Assembly (NCBI GenBank): GCA_030648395.1
Contig: JAUSHW010000185.1
Coordinates: 1 to 40,797, forward strand
Reading direction: 5' to 3'
Length of the DNA stretch: 40,797 bases
DNA from: Nitrospirales bacterium
GTDB lineage: Bacteria > Nitrospirota > Nitrospiria > Nitrospirales > NS-4
Shown: positions 19,900-30,243 of the stretch, piece after piece
Layout of the letters: each line of letters begins with the position of its first letter
Position numbering within the stretch: the stretch's first letter is position 1
Position numbers and translations under genes: made by a program
The notes under the pieces: model-generated
Told to the model about the DNA's origin: nothing
The model's database searches: none
What the model saw: only the letters and a program-made list of their open reading frames with translations

Positions 19900-20454
19900 T
19901 TAGCTCTTGACCGTCATGGTGAGTTTAAACGCATAGACCGTCACGCCCTCATCCAACGCCTGCACGCTCTCTTGGAGAGTCACCGATGAAAAATACTTCG
20001 ACTGCTGGAGGTTCTTGATGAACTCAACAATATCATCATTCGTTAGAGCCTTCCCCGTCACCGTGACTTGCGCATCACCCTCCACGTTTGACAACCAGAC
20101 CTTCACGGGGTCAAGGCTCTGGCTCAGATAATCGAGCAGTCGGACCGGCCCGCCCTGATTTTTTCTGAGCTGCTCGATGATCCGGACCTGGTTTTCCAAG
20201 GAGAGTTTCTTTTTCTCGTAGTCTTCGACTTCTTGAACCTTCTTTTTCAGCGCTTCAACCTCTTTCGTCTTGCTCTCCTTCAATTGAGTTTGCAAGGCAA
20301 TCTCATCCATATTCGATTGCCAGCGATACCCGCACGCCCCCAAAAAGATTAAGACGACACCCAGCCCGATTCCGAGCTGCATCAGCGCCTCATCAGCCGG
20401 CGCCTTGGTTTTCTTGCCGGCTCGCTTGATCGGAAGAAGATTGATCTTAATCAA
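19900..20454 (-). CDS. pilN: Type IV pilus assembly protein PilN
   Basis: IKINLLP PilM-binding motif, TM helix, coiled coil, VWL..G.A..F..NL..S.YF. Confidence 0.92.
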   Translation of the reverse strand: MIKINLLPIKRAGKKTKAPADEALMQLGIGLGVVLIFLGACGYRWQSNMDEIALQTQLKESKTKEVEALKKKVQEVEDYEKKKLSLENQVRIIEQLRKNQGGPVRLLDYLSQSLDPVKVWLSNVEGDAQVTVTGKALTNDDIVEFIKNLQQSKYFSSVTLQESVQALDEGVTVYAFKLTMTVKS

Positions 20455-21518
20455 CGGTCACCCTCCCAGCGGAGGGCCAGCCCGACCACGACAGCCATGT
20501 CAGGCGCCACCTCCGCCAGTTCCTCCGGGCTCATCTTGAGACCTGTGGTGTCCAACCGGGCAAAAGGATCCGCCACTGACGTTTCAATGCCAACTTGCTC
20601 TGAAATCCGCGCCGGTAAACTTTTGATCTTTGCACACCCACCACACAAAACAACTCGCATGATTTCGTCATCCGGTGACGTCGTGCGAAAATAATCAAAG
20701 GAGCGGCCGATTTCAGTTGCCACTTCCATGTCCACAGCAGTAATCGCCTCGTTTAGCGCGGCCTCATTCACGCCCGGATACCGCCCCTTTTTGGCCGCCT
20801 CCGCATCGTCAGGACTTAACCCAAGGTCTTGCTGGATACGCTCCGAGTAACGGTTTCCCCCGATCGTGATATCACGCGTAAACACCGACATCCCACCTTT
20901 CAGAATATTGATATTCATCACGCTCGCCCCGATATTAACAAGAGCGGTCAGTTCCGTGGGTACGACGTCATAGTTGGCGCAGTACATGTTCTCAATTGCA
21001 AACGCATCAACATCGACAACCTTGGGGGTTAAACCAGCTTCACGGACTGCGTTGGCGTAATCGTTCAATTTGTCCTTTTTTGTCGCGACCAGTAAGACGT
21101 CCATCTCTGCCTGGCCCTCGGCGGGCTGATCACCCTGCGCCAAGATATGGAAATCAAGATAGACGTCATTGATATCAAACGGGATGTACTGTTCCGCCTC
21201 AAACTTTATCTGCTTCTCCAGTTCTTCTTCCGGCATGGGAGGAAGCGAGATTTTTTTGACAATTACGGAAGTGCCCGATATGGACAGCGCGACGCCCTTA
21301 TTTTTAAGCTTCTGCTCACCGGCCAATTCCTTGATCGCCATCACAACACCGAGTCCGTCCATGATCGCTCCATCAACGATCATTTCAGCCGGCAACGGCT
21401 TTACACCGAAGCGTTCGATCTTCAGCTTCCCCTTGATTTCCTTAAGTTGCAGGATCTTGATGGAGCCGGACCCTATGTCCAACCCGAGCAAGTATTCTTT
21501 TGAGCCAAATCCAAACAC
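20451..21518 (-). CDS. pilM: Type IV pilus assembly protein PilM
   Basis: GLDIGS..IK, EAEQYIPF, VDVDAFA, NIGA, LCGG.A, GLALR (actin-like fold). Confidence 0.94.
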   Translation of the reverse strand: MFGFGSKEYLLGLDIGSGSIKILQLKEIKGKLKIERFGVKPLPAEMIVDGAIMDGLGVVMAIKELAGEQKLKNKGVALSISGTSVIVKKISLPPMPEEELEKQIKFEAEQYIPFDINDVYLDFHILAQGDQPAEGQAEMDVLLVATKKDKLNDYANAVREAGLTPKVVDVDAFAIENMYCANYDVVPTELTALVNIGASVMNINILKGGMSVFTRDITIGGNRYSERIQQDLGLSPDDAEAAKKGRYPGVNEAALNEAITAVDMEVATEIGRSFDYFRTTSPDDEIMRVVLCGGCAKIKSLPARISEQVGIETSVADPFARLDTTGLKMSPEELAEVAPDMAVVVGLALRWEGDR

Positions 21519-21542
21519 TGCGTGTTCCAGCCCTTTCTACGT

Positions 21543-21794
21543 CTAGTTAGACGTACGCCTCCTGATGATCCGCTTGATCTCTTCAAGGTTCGTCGCGGTA
21601 TAGAGCCGCCAATTTCGCCAATCACGCGGCGGCGTCGAAATAAGGCCCTCACGTTCCCATCGAAACAACGTCGCTTTGGAAATATCAAACAAGTGACACA
21701 CTTCCAGGGTTGAAAATCGGCGGAGACGAGGAGAGGACTTCCGGTTTCCGTGACGCGCACCGGAAGGTTTCTTCTTCGCCTCGACTGCCTTCAT
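21543..21794 (-). CDS. Small stand-alone MerR-type HTH DNA-binding protein
   Basis: FSTLEVCHLFDISKATLFRWEREGLI..P.RD.RNWRLYT..NLEEI; no effector or dimerisation domain; start ATG 21794 (alternative TTG 21803). Confidence 0.8.
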   Translation of the reverse strand: MKAVEAKKKPSGARHGNRKSSPRLRRFSTLEVCHLFDISKATLFRWEREGLISTPPRDWRNWRLYTATNLEEIKRIIRRRTSN

Positions 21795-21841
21795 AGGGGG
21801 CAACGCTCCGCTTACCGCAAAACCTACTTTAAAGTGTCTTA

Positions 21842-21869
21842 AGTATAGTTAATATAATTTTAATGTCAA
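21842..21869 (-). promoter_or_regulatory. Sigma70 promoter upstream of the MerR-like gene and pilMNOPQ
   Basis: TTGACA (21869-21864), 16 bp spacer, TATACT (21847-21842), in a markedly AT-rich stretch with an AT-rich upstream tract. Confidence 0.7.
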
Positions 21870-22001
21870 GACAATATTTTTATCGTCATATTTCCGATGA
21901 TTTCTTGGTACTCCTAGTGGTACGGCCAGCGTGCTGGGAATACCTGACCGTTGACCGATATAACTCAAAACAGTGACTTGCGTGGCGGGAAGAGTCGCTG
22001 A

Positions 22002-23474
22002 TCAGTACGCGCGTTTGCGCCGACTTGCGGGCGGTATGTTCAGTTCCATCCGATACTTGGCGACAGTCCGCCTAGCAAGAATGACGTTTTGCGCCTTGAG
22101 CCGGGAGACGATCTCCTGGTCTTTCAATGGCCGCTGGTTGTCTTCTTCACCAACCATCCTCCGAATCATTTCTCGAACCGCCACCGAAGACAAGTCGGTC
22201 AGGCCTTCCTGTGAACGAGGGATGCTCGTATTGAAAAAAAACTTCAGTTCGAAAATGCCCTGTGAGCAATGGAGGTATTTGTTTGATGTGACACGGCTGA
22301 TCGTCGATTCGTGCATTGACACATCTTCTGCCACATCCCGCAAAACCATCGGCCGCAAGTATTGAATGCCGTGTTCAAAGAATGGTTCTTGGACTTTGAC
22401 AATGCTTTCGACCACCCGTACAATCGTTTTATTGCGTTGTTCGATGCTCCGTATCAGCCACTGCGCCGATCTGAATTTTTCGTCCAGGAACGCCCTTGTG
22501 GCGTCCGATGGATCCCTCTTGCCGGCCAGGAAAAGACGGTAGGATGAACTGATCCTGAATCTCGGCATACCGTCGTCATTTAGCATTACCACCCATTGAC
22601 CGTCAGACTTCACGACGTAGACATCCGGGACAATTGCATGGTTCTCAGCAGTGAAAAACGGGCGCCCCGGCTTGGGCTCGAGCCCTTCGATGACCCTCGT
22701 GGCGTGTACCACCGCATCAACAGAGACTCCTAGAGATTTTGCGAGCGCAGCGAATCGTTTGCGCTCCAAATCTGAAAGGTGGGTCCGAATGATTGCTTCG
22801 GCCAATGTCCCTGCCAAGCCCAATTGTTCGATTTGGGTCAGTAGGCACTCGCGGAGATCTCGCGCAGCAACTCCCACCGGATCGAAGGCCTGGATGACCT
22901 TGAGCACGTGAGTGGCCTGCGCAGATGACATTCCAGATTCGGCTGCGAGTTCTTCCAGTGGAATTCGCAGGTACCCGTCCTCGTCGAGATTACCGATGAT
23001 GCTCTTCCCGAGCTCCTGCTCAATCTTATCGAGCGGAGAAAGTACCAACTGCCAGAGCAGGTGATCCTCGAGAGACGTGGTCTTCGCCATGGTCTGCTCG
23101 AATGAAGGCAGTTCATCTCGCCCATTTCGAGGAGCCTCGCTATCCCCCCACTTTCGGTCGTCGTCGAAATACTCGTCCCAGGACCCCGACAACTCATTTC
23201 TGGTGGTTTCTTCTCCGACTGCCTCTGTGGGGACGGTCTCTTCTCGGCGATCCTCACTCTTGGCTGTTTCCTGGGCCTCTTCCGTTGATCCGGGTTCTGC
23301 ATCGAGGTCTTCGAGCTCAGGGCCGGCTTCCTCGAGCATCGGATTTTCTTCCATTTGCTGAGTGAGCGCATCTTGCAGTTCAAGGCGGGACAGTTGCAGC
23401 AGCTTGATCGCCTGCTGCAACTGCGGCGTCATGATCAGCCGTTGCGACAGTCGTAACTCGAGTCTTGGCTGCAT
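22002..23474 (-). CDS. rpoN: RNA polymerase sigma-54 factor
   Basis: Q.L.MTPQLQQAI.LLQ region I, HESTISRV, RpoN box ARRTVAKYR. Confidence 0.97.
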   Translation of the reverse strand: MQPRLELRLSQRLIMTPQLQQAIKLLQLSRLELQDALTQQMEENPMLEEAGPELEDLDAEPGSTEEAQETAKSEDRREETVPTEAVGEETTRNELSGSWDEYFDDDRKWGDSEAPRNGRDELPSFEQTMAKTTSLEDHLLWQLVLSPLDKIEQELGKSIIGNLDEDGYLRIPLEELAAESGMSSAQATHVLKVIQAFDPVGVAARDLRECLLTQIEQLGLAGTLAEAIIRTHLSDLERKRFAALAKSLGVSVDAVVHATRVIEGLEPKPGRPFFTAENHAIVPDVYVVKSDGQWVVMLNDDGMPRFRISSSYRLFLAGKRDPSDATRAFLDEKFRSAQWLIRSIEQRNKTIVRVVESIVKVQEPFFEHGIQYLRPMVLRDVAEDVSMHESTISRVTSNKYLHCSQGIFELKFFFNTSIPRSQEGLTDLSSVAVREMIRRMVGEEDNQRPLKDQEIVSRLKAQNVILARRTVAKYRMELNIPPASRRKRAY

Positions 23475-23489
23475 GGTCAGAACCCCAGA

Positions 23490-24251
23490 CTACAGACGGA
23501 ATCCTTCGCCCAGATAAACTTCGCGTGCCCGTCGGCTATTCACAAGATGCTCAGGAGTTCCTTCTTCAAGGATCTCACCGTTATTGATGATATACGCGCG
23601 GTCTGTGATGGAAAGTGTCTGCTGGACATTGTGATCGGTAATCAGGATGCCGATGCCTCGGCCCCTCAGTCCTCGGATAATCGTCTGAATGTCGCTGACT
23701 GCAATGGGATCTATTCCTGCAAACGGCTCGTCTAACATCAGAAAATGCGGCCTCGCCACCAAAGCCCTGGCGATCTCCACTCGGCGACGTTCCCCACCAG
23801 AAAGAGTGAACGCCTTGCTGCGTCTGACGTGATCGAGCCCGAGGTCCTTGATGGCTATTCCCATCCTTTCCTCGCGTTGATCTTTGCTCAGGTCCATCAA
23901 TTCAAGAATTGCGATCATGTTTTGTTCCACGGTCATACGGCGGAAAACCGATGACTCCTGAGGCAAATATCCAATGCCGCGTCGCGCCCGTTGATACATC
24001 GGCAGGTGCGTGATCAATTCTCCGCCTAGGAGCACGTCCCCCCTGTCCGGCATTGTGAGCCCCACCATTACATCAAAAACCGTCGTTTTCCCTGCCCCGT
24101 TCGGGCCCAGAAGCCCGACAATCTCCCCTGATTGTACCGCCAGGCTCACGCCATTGACGACGTATCGGCCACGATAGCTTTTCGCGAGCCCTTGGGACTC
24201 AAACGTAAGGGGTCCCGGCCCGCCACCTATGATCCCAACGGAATCATTCAC
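23490..24251 (-). CDS. lptB: LPS export ABC transporter ATPase
   Basis: [46 protein letters not shown]; sits before rpoN. Confidence 0.95.
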   Translation of the reverse strand: MNDSVGIIGGGPGPLTFESQGLAKSYRGRYVVNGVSLAVQSGEIVGLLGPNGAGKTTVFDVMVGLTMPDRGDVLLGGELITHLPMYQRARRGIGYLPQESSVFRRMTVEQNMIAILELMDLSKDQREERMGIAIKDLGLDHVRRSKAFTLSGGERRRVEIARALVARPHFLMLDEPFAGIDPIAVSDIQTIIRGLRGRGIGILITDHNVQQTLSITDRAYIINNGEILEEGTPEHLVNSRRAREVYLGEGFRL

Positions 24252-24808
24252 CGCGGTTTGGGTTCCGCATCATTTATGACCACGCGACTTTCCCCCTCAA
24301 TAACGCTCCGGTCTTCCTTCAAGTACATGGTCATTTTCGTGCCGGTCACGCGATAGCCTTCTTCCCAGGCTTCCGGGTCTCCCGTTAAGACAAGCATCTC
24401 GCCACGCTGATGATAGACCGCTTTGCGCGCCTTCGCTTTTTTGTTTCCCTGCTGCAGTAACACATTTCCGGTCGCATCGATCAGGGAAACTGCGCGATTT
24501 CCGAACGTGGACAGCTCCGGTGAGGCAGCCGGTGATGGTGCGCCGGCCTTTCCGTCCTTCTTGGGCGGTGAGGAAGGGGGCTCCCCGGAAAAATGGACGA
24601 TCATCTGATCCGCCCACATGATAAAGTCGCCCTTCGTCAGCACAACCTTACCTTCAAAGAGTGCCCTGTTTTCCTGGTTTTTGAATACGAGGGATTGCGA
24701 GGTGATGATAATTTCGGGAGGAGCAGGCGATTGCTCAGGCGGTGGCGCCGCCAAGGCCAACGCGCTACCCACGAGGAGAAAAGCGCTAGTGAATCCCCAC
24801 GCGGACAT
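24248..24808 (-). CDS. lptA: LPS transport periplasmic protein LptA (OstA-like)
   Basis: Signal peptide; F.G.V..., A.GNV..Q, A.Y....L.L.G.P, G..M beta-jellyroll pattern; between lptC and lptB. Confidence 0.85.
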   Translation of the reverse strand: MSAWGFTSAFLLVGSALALAAPPPEQSPAPPEIIITSQSLVFKNQENRALFEGKVVLTKGDFIMWADQMIVHFSGEPPSSPPKKDGKAGAPSPAASPELSTFGNRAVSLIDATGNVLLQQGNKKAKARKAVYHQRGEMLVLTGDPEAWEEGYRVTGTKMTMYLKEDRSVIEGESRVVINDAEPKPR

Positions 24809-25367
24809 TGCGGCGGACCCTCATTTCTTGGGTGGTAAGGAAAGCATCCAGGCCTTGCCCTGTAACTTCCAGGCTGGGGCCTTTGATGGTGATCGGTGCA
24901 TCAGTCCAAATTCGATGCTTCTGATTATCCCAGGTGAAGCTAGACGTATAAATTGTATACCCGCTATTAAGAACCAGTGCGAGGTCTCCGCTTTTCTTGC
25001 TGATGACAAAATCTTTTGACAAGGTATTGATTGTCCCACTGTCTCCAGCAACTGTCATGGTAACCCCGTCTGGTCCCATCAGAGTCACCTGCACATCATT
25101 GAGAACCGCCTTGGCATCCGTGTCGAAGACTTGGGCCTGTTTAGCCTGAATCTTCCAGTCCACAAGGCCATCCTTGCTCTGCACAAATGAAAACCCCTTG
25201 ACGCCGGCATCGGCTGCTTGCGGGAGAGCGGGCACAGAAACTTGCGCAACCCTCCTGGAGGGTCCTCCCAGAATAAACATGAGAAGGGTAGCGCTAACAG
25301 CAAAAATGATGCCTAGCAGCCCGGCCTTAGCAACACGCTGAAAGGACAGCGTAGATTTTGCCATCAT
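24786..25367 (-). CDS. lptC: LPS export protein LptC
   Basis: N-terminal TM helix, W.I.A..A, TD.PI.I.G..G.G pattern; synteny with lptAB; start ATG 25367 or 25364. Confidence 0.8.
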   Translation of the reverse strand: MMAKSTLSFQRVAKAGLLGIIFAVSATLLMFILGGPSRRVAQVSVPALPQAADAGVKGFSFVQSKDGLVDWKIQAKQAQVFDTDAKAVLNDVQVTLMGPDGVTMTVAGDSGTINTLSKDFVISKKSGDLALVLNSGYTIYTSSFTWDNQKHRIWTDAPITIKGPSLEVTGQGLDAFLTTQEMRVRRNVRVGIH

Positions 25368-25373
25368 GCGCGA

Positions 25374-25403
25374 ACTATAGCACACCATTTTAAGATGAGT
25401 AAA
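25374..25403 (-). promoter_or_regulatory. Putative sigma70 promoter of lptC
   Basis: TTTACT, 18 bp spacer, with TG-c-TATAGT extended -10 ending 6 nt before the ATG. Confidence 0.5.
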
Positions 25404-25468
25404 GACAGCAGGCTGACGCACTCAAGCCTTGTCAGGCCGGAAAGCGTGCGGTAAATCAGGTCGGCTGC

Positions 25469-25939
25469 TTACGCGCCAGCAGCCGCAGGCGTCTTGGGCT
25501 GAGTCGATCCGGACTTGGATGGGCTGCCACTGGCGTCAGGCTGATCAGCGGGTTGTACTTTTGCAGTATCTTTCTTGTCGGCTGGACGATTGACCAATTC
25601 AATGACAACCATAGATGCTGCATCACCCACACGCCGCCGAGTCTTGATTAGCCGTGTATACCCGCCCTTCCGCTCCGAGAAGCGTCCCGCAATATCCTTG
25701 AAGAGCTTGGCCACCACAGACTTTGCCCGAATGTATGCCGCGGCACGGCGCCTGGCATGAAGACTCCCCTCTTTGCCAAGCGTAATCATGCGGTCGGCCA
25801 CGATGCGAAGTTCCTTGGCTTTAGCTTCAGTGGTCTCAATCCGTTCATGCTCAAGCAAAGACGTGACCAGACTCCGAAACAGGGCCTTCCTGTGATGTGT
25901 GTTCCGACCGAGTTGACGACCACTTTTTCGATGTCGCAT
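25469..25939 (-). CDS. rplQ: 50S ribosomal protein L17
   Basis: MRHRK..R.LGR, ERI.TT.AKAKE, GGYTR; low-complexity C-terminal tail. Confidence 0.96.
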   Translation of the reverse strand: MRHRKSGRQLGRNTHHRKALFRSLVTSLLEHERIETTEAKAKELRIVADRMITLGKEGSLHARRRAAAYIRAKSVVAKLFKDIAGRFSERKGGYTRLIKTRRRVGDAASMVVIELVNRPADKKDTAKVQPADQPDASGSPSKSGSTQPKTPAAAGA

Positions 25940-25948
25940 GCTCTCGGT

Positions 25949-26953
25949 CTACTCCTCTCTCTTCTCTGCCGCCCCGGATTGAGAGGCGTGGTCCAGTTTC
26001 ATACCCAGGCTCAGTCCCATTTCAGCAAGGATCTCCTTGATCTCGTTGAGGGACTTTTTGCCGAAGTTCTTGGTCCGCAACATATCGGACTCAGTCCTCT
26101 GAACGAGGTCGGCAATCGCTTTAATGTTGGCATTTTTCAAGCAATTAGCCGCCCTGACCGACAGTTCCAGTTCATTTACGCTACGGAGAAGATTCTTGTT
26201 TATTTCGGTAATAGCCTCCTGGGCAGCAGGCTGTGCGATCGTCTCTTCCATGTCCTTAACGTTGATGAAAATATCGAGATGCCCTCTCACGATCAATGCT
26301 GCGGCCGACAGTGCATCTTCAGGCGAAATACTCCCGTCGGTCCAGATTTCCAGAATCACCTTGTCGTAATCGGTCATGCGACCAACGCGCGCGTTCTCGA
26401 CAAGGCAGTTGACGCGAGTGACCGGCGAATAAATAGCGTCGACGGGAATTACGCCGATCGCCATGCCTTCTTCCTTGTTCCGTTCCGCCGGGACGTATCC
26501 CCGCCCACGCTTGATGACGATTCCAATATCGAAAGTGGTGCCCTTGTCAAGCGTTGCGATATGCAGTTCCGGTGTCAGTATCTCGACATCAGCATCGTGC
26601 TCAATATCCCCGGCCTTGGCCACGCCCGCTCCCTTTTTACGAAGGCGGACTGTCTTGGGTTTGTCGGAATGGAGCTTGAACCGGACCTTCTTGATATTAA
26701 GAATAATATCGGTGACGTCCTCGGTAATGCCTGGGATCGTGGAAAATTCATGCAGGACGCCTTCGATTTTAACGGAAACAATGGCCGCGCCAGAAAGAGA
26801 CGACAGCAGCACCCGGCGCAAGGAATTGCCGACGGTCGTGCCGAACCCGCGCTCGAAAGGCTCAGCCGTAAAGCGCCCATAAGTCGCCGTCAGACTTTCC
26901 TTGTCGACTTCAACTTTCGTCGGGATCTGAAAATCACGCATACCCTTCAACAT
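25949..26953 (-). CDS. rpoA: RNA polymerase alpha subunit
   Basis: [24 protein letters not shown], alpha-[23 protein letters not shown]. Confidence 0.97.
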   Translation of the reverse strand: MLKGMRDFQIPTKVEVDKESLTATYGRFTAEPFERGFGTTVGNSLRRVLLSSLSGAAIVSVKIEGVLHEFSTIPGITEDVTDIILNIKKVRFKLHSDKPKTVRLRKKGAGVAKAGDIEHDADVEILTPELHIATLDKGTTFDIGIVIKRGRGYVPAERNKEEGMAIGVIPVDAIYSPVTRVNCLVENARVGRMTDYDKVILEIWTDGSISPEDALSAAALIVRGHLDIFINVKDMEETIAQPAAQEAITEINKNLLRSVNELELSVRAANCLKNANIKAIADLVQRTESDMLRTKNFGKKSLNEIKEILAEMGLSLGMKLDHASQSGAAEKREE

Positions 26954-27020
26954 ACTGGCTCCCTTATCGTCGGCTTATAAAGCTCACGCGGCACGTTTCC
27001 AAGCCGGCGTCACGCGCACA

Positions 27021-27647
27021 TTACCTCGAATAGAGGTCCACAACCAACTGCTCATTAACAGGCAAGGGCGTCTCTTCTTTAGTCGGGAGGCCCCGCACTG
27101 TTGCCTTGCAGTTGGCCTTATCCAAATCCAACCATGCCGGAATTCCTCGCCCCTCAACAGCATCAAGCGCAGAGATAATGGGGACAATCGTCCGGCTTCG
27201 TTCCTTTACTTCAATCACGTCACCTTCACGAACCAGAAATGACGGCTTGTCCACCTTGCGTCCGTTCACACGATAGTGGCCGTGATTCACGAGCAGCCTG
27301 GCTTCTTTTCGAGATGCCGCAAACCCAATTCGATACACCACATTATCCAGACGTCGCTCGAGCATACGGAGCAGGTTTTCTCCCGTAATGCCTTCTTGCC
27401 GTTCGGCCCTGGCAAATGTTCCTCGGAATTGGCGTTCCAGCATGCCGTAGATGCGCTTCAGTTTCTGTTTTTCGCGAAGCTGCGCGCTGTACTCAGACAC
27501 CCGTTGACGACCCTGCCCATGCTGGCCGGGCGGGTAAGCGCGACGTTCCACAGCACATTTTTCGGTCATGCAACGGGAGCCCTTCAAAAAGAGCTTGACT
27601 CCTTCTCGGCGGCATAACCGACAAACAGGTCCACGATATTTTGCCAC
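27021..27647 (-). CDS. rpsD: 30S ribosomal protein S4
   Basis: GTG start after AAGGAG; CRLCRRE..KG.RC...KC, PPGQHG, LREKQK, LERRLDN. Confidence 0.96.
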   Translation of the reverse strand: MAKYRGPVCRLCRREGVKLFLKGSRCMTEKCAVERRAYPPGQHGQGRQRVSEYSAQLREKQKLKRIYGMLERQFRGTFARAERQEGITGENLLRMLERRLDNVVYRIGFAASRKEARLLVNHGHYRVNGRKVDKPSFLVREGDVIEVKERSRTIVPIISALDAVEGRGIPAWLDLDKANCKATVRGLPTKEETPLPVNEQLVVDLYSR

Positions 27648-27658
27648 GATAGCTCTCC

Positions 27659-28036
27659 TTAAACCCGTCGCCGTTTCGGCGGACGGCATCCGTTATGAGG
27701 GATCGGCGTGACATCCCGGATCATATTGATCCGAAGCCCGGCCGACTGGAGCGCCCGAATGGCGGATTCCCGACCCGATCCAGGCCCCGTCACGTAAACG
27801 TCAATCTGCCGCATTCCACACTCCATTGCCTTTTTTGCCGCGACCTCTCCGGCTCGGGTAGCCGCAAATGGCGTACTCTTCCGAGACCCTTTGAAGCCCT
27901 GGTTCCCAGCGCTGGCCCACACAACCGTGTTTCCACCCATATCCGTGATGGTCACAATGGTATTATTGAAAGAAGCTTGAATGTGGGCGACTCCGCTTTG
28001 AACAATTTTCTTTTCTCGTTTCTTTCCCTTTTTCAC
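27659..28036 (-). CDS. rpsK: 30S ribosomal protein S11
   Basis: [37 protein letters not shown]. Confidence 0.97.
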   Translation of the reverse strand: MKKGKKREKKIVQSGVAHIQASFNNTIVTITDMGGNTVVWASAGNQGFKGSRKSTPFAATRAGEVAAKKAMECGMRQIDVYVTGPGSGRESAIRALQSAGLRINMIRDVTPIPHNGCRPPKRRRV

Positions 28037-28049
28037 ACCAACGCCCCCC

Positions 28050-28430
28050 TCACCTGACCTTTAATGTCTTCCGAGCCTTACCCTGGCCCTTGGGCCCTTT
28101 CCGGGTCCTTGCATTTGTTTTCGTGCGCTGCCCCCTGACTGGCAGCCCCTTGCGATGCCTGAGTCCACGGTAGGATCCGATATCGATGAGCCGCTTGATA
28201 TTCATCGATACATCTTTACGAAGATCCCCTTCGACTTTGTGCTCCCGTTCGATGATCTCGCGCAATTTCACGATCTCATCTTCGCGAAGGTCCTTCACAC
28301 GCGTGGCCGGTGCCACGCCGCTTTTGGCGAGAATCTGTCTGGCCAGAGACCTCCCAATCCCAAAAATATAAGTCAAGCCGATATGGACTTGCTTGTCTCT
28401 GGGAAGATCGACGCCGGCAATTCGAGCCAT
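28050..28430 (-). CDS. rpsM: 30S ribosomal protein S13
   Basis: [34 protein letters not shown]. Confidence 0.97.
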   Translation of the reverse strand: MARIAGVDLPRDKQVHIGLTYIFGIGRSLARQILAKSGVAPATRVKDLREDEIVKLREIIEREHKVEGDLRKDVSMNIKRLIDIGSYRGLRHRKGLPVRGQRTKTNARTRKGPKGQGKARKTLKVR

Positions 28431-28439
28431 GAGCTTCTC

Positions 28440-28553
28440 CTATCCTTGTCGCTGCTTATGCCGAGGGTTCGAGCACAGCACCCGCAACACGCCGCGCCGC
28501 CGTATGACTTTGCATTTTGAGCAGATAACCTTGACCGATGATTTGACTTTCAT
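28440..28553 (-). CDS. rpmJ: 50S ribosomal protein L36 (too short for the ORF track)
   Basis: Manual translation [37 protein letters not shown]. Confidence 0.95.
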   Translation of the reverse strand: MKVKSSVKVICSKCKVIRRRGVLRVLCSNPRHKQRQG

Positions 28554-28574
28554 GGCTCTTCCGCGCTCCCCTAC

Positions 28575-28793
28575 TTACTTAAACCGGTACGTGATCCTGC
28601 CTCGAGTGAGATCGTAGGGTGACAGCTCCACGGTCACCTTATCGCCCGGCAGGATTCGAATAAAATGCATCCGCATCTTTCCTGAAATGTGGGCGAGCAC
28701 TTTGTGCCCGTTATCGAGTGTAACCCGAAACATGGCGTTGGGGAGCGTTTCGTCGACCGTTCCTTGTACCTCAATGACATCCTCTTTTGCCAT
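28575..28793 (-). CDS. infA: Translation initiation factor IF-1
   Basis: [40 protein letters not shown]. Confidence 0.97.
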   Translation of the reverse strand: MAKEDVIEVQGTVDETLPNAMFRVTLDNGHKVLAHISGKMRMHFIRILPGDKVTVELSPYDLTRGRITYRFK

Positions 28794-28814
28794 AGTTTCT
28801 GGCTAGTCAGCCTC

Positions 28815-29579
28815 TCACAACCTAGTCAGAATTTTAGGGCCTGCCTCGGTAACCACAATGGTATGTTCAAAGTGGGCCGAAAGGCTTCCGTCTTGGGTCA
28901 CAGCCGTCCACCCGTCCGAAAGGTGTGCGGTTTCCGGACGACCCATATTGACCATGGGCTCGATAGCCAGCGTCATCCCAGACTTCAAACGGGGCCCCTT
29001 CCCGGGCTCACCGTAGTTAGGCACTTGAGGCTCTTCGTGCAGTTTCCGCCCAATTCCGTGCCCGACGAAATCCGTGACAACCGAAAAACTGGCTGCTTCT
29101 GCATGCACCTGCACAGCGTGAGAAATGTCGGATATGCGATTGCCGACGACAGCTTGAGCGATCCCCTTGTGAAGGGATTCCTCCGTTATCTGCAATAAAC
29201 GTCGCGCTTGCTCCGTGATTGCACCAACAGGAACTGTGATAGCGGCATCTCCGTAATACCCCTCCACGACAACACCGACATCCAAACCAACGATGTCCCC
29301 CTCTTTCAATGCGCGACCGGATGGAATCCCATGAACAACCGCCTCGTTGACTGACACGCACAATGTATGGCGATAAACCTGGTCACGCACTTGATACCCT
29401 TTAAACGCCGGTATCCCCCCGCGCTCGACGATAAATTTTTCCGCAAAACGATCAAGCTCTGCAGTCGTCACTCCGGGCCTGACTTGATGACGGAGGGCGT
29501 CGAGGACTTCGGCTACAACCCGAGACGCCCGGCTCATCTTCTCAATCTCATCGGGCGATTTCAGCTCAATGCCGCTCAT
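28815..29579 (-). CDS. map: Methionine aminopeptidase type I
   Basis: C.SVNE.VVHGIP, D.G....GYYGD, GHGIG..LHEEP, IEPM, SAHFEHT. Confidence 0.96.
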   Translation of the reverse strand: MSGIELKSPDEIEKMSRASRVVAEVLDALRHQVRPGVTTAELDRFAEKFIVERGGIPAFKGYQVRDQVYRHTLCVSVNEAVVHGIPSGRALKEGDIVGLDVGVVVEGYYGDAAITVPVGAITEQARRLLQITEESLHKGIAQAVVGNRISDISHAVQVHAEAASFSVVTDFVGHGIGRKLHEEPQVPNYGEPGKGPRLKSGMTLAIEPMVNMGRPETAHLSDGWTAVTQDGSLSAHFEHTIVVTEAGPKILTRL

Positions 29580-30235
29580 CACACCCCTGCCAATCCCAGC
29601 ACCTTGAGCAGCCGGCGATAGACTTCGTTAATGTCGCCCGTGGAATCCACGCGTCGCAACAACCCCCGTTTCTGATAGTACTCGACAAGAGGGCTGGTCT
29701 GCTGGTCAAATACTTTGAGCCGGGATTCCACCGTTTCAGGCTTGTCGTCCACGCGCTGCACCAGAGCACCACCACACTTGTCACAGCGCCCTTCTAGTTT
29801 GGGCGGGTCATGGTCGACGTGATAGACCGTCTGACAGGTTGGACAACTACGTCGTCCAGACAAACGCTTGATAATCTGGTCATTGGGAACGTCAAAACTG
29901 ACCACATGATCGAGCCCTGGGCTTCCTGTTTCCTGAAACGTCCGATCCAGCGCCTCAGCCTGTGCCACGGTTCTTGGAAAGCCGTCCAAAATATACCCAC
30001 GGGAACATCCCGGACTCGTCAGCTTTTCACGAGCAAGCCCGATCACAACATCATCAGGGACCAGTTTCCCTGACTCCATAAACCCTTTGGCTTGAAGGCC
30101 GAGCGGTGTGCCTTGCTTGACGGACTCCCGGAGAATCTCTCCGGTCGAAACCTGCGGAATCAGCTCCTGGGCGGCCAGACGCTGCGCCTGCGTCCCTTTC
30201 CCTACTCCTGGAGCGCCGAAAAATACCAGTCGCAT
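29579..30235 (-). CDS. adk: Adenylate kinase
   Basis: GAPGVGKGTQA, STG.ILR, LDGFPR, Cys4 LID (CPTC..CDKC), QR.DD. Confidence 0.96.
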   Translation of the reverse strand: MRLVFFGAPGVGKGTQAQRLAAQELIPQVSTGEILRESVKQGTPLGLQAKGFMESGKLVPDDVVIGLAREKLTSPGCSRGYILDGFPRTVAQAEALDRTFQETGSPGLDHVVSFDVPNDQIIKRLSGRRSCPTCQTVYHVDHDPPKLEGRCDKCGGALVQRVDDKPETVESRLKVFDQQTSPLVEYYQKRGLLRRVDSTGDINEVYRRLLKVLGLAGV

Positions 30236-30243
30236 TGGTTTTA

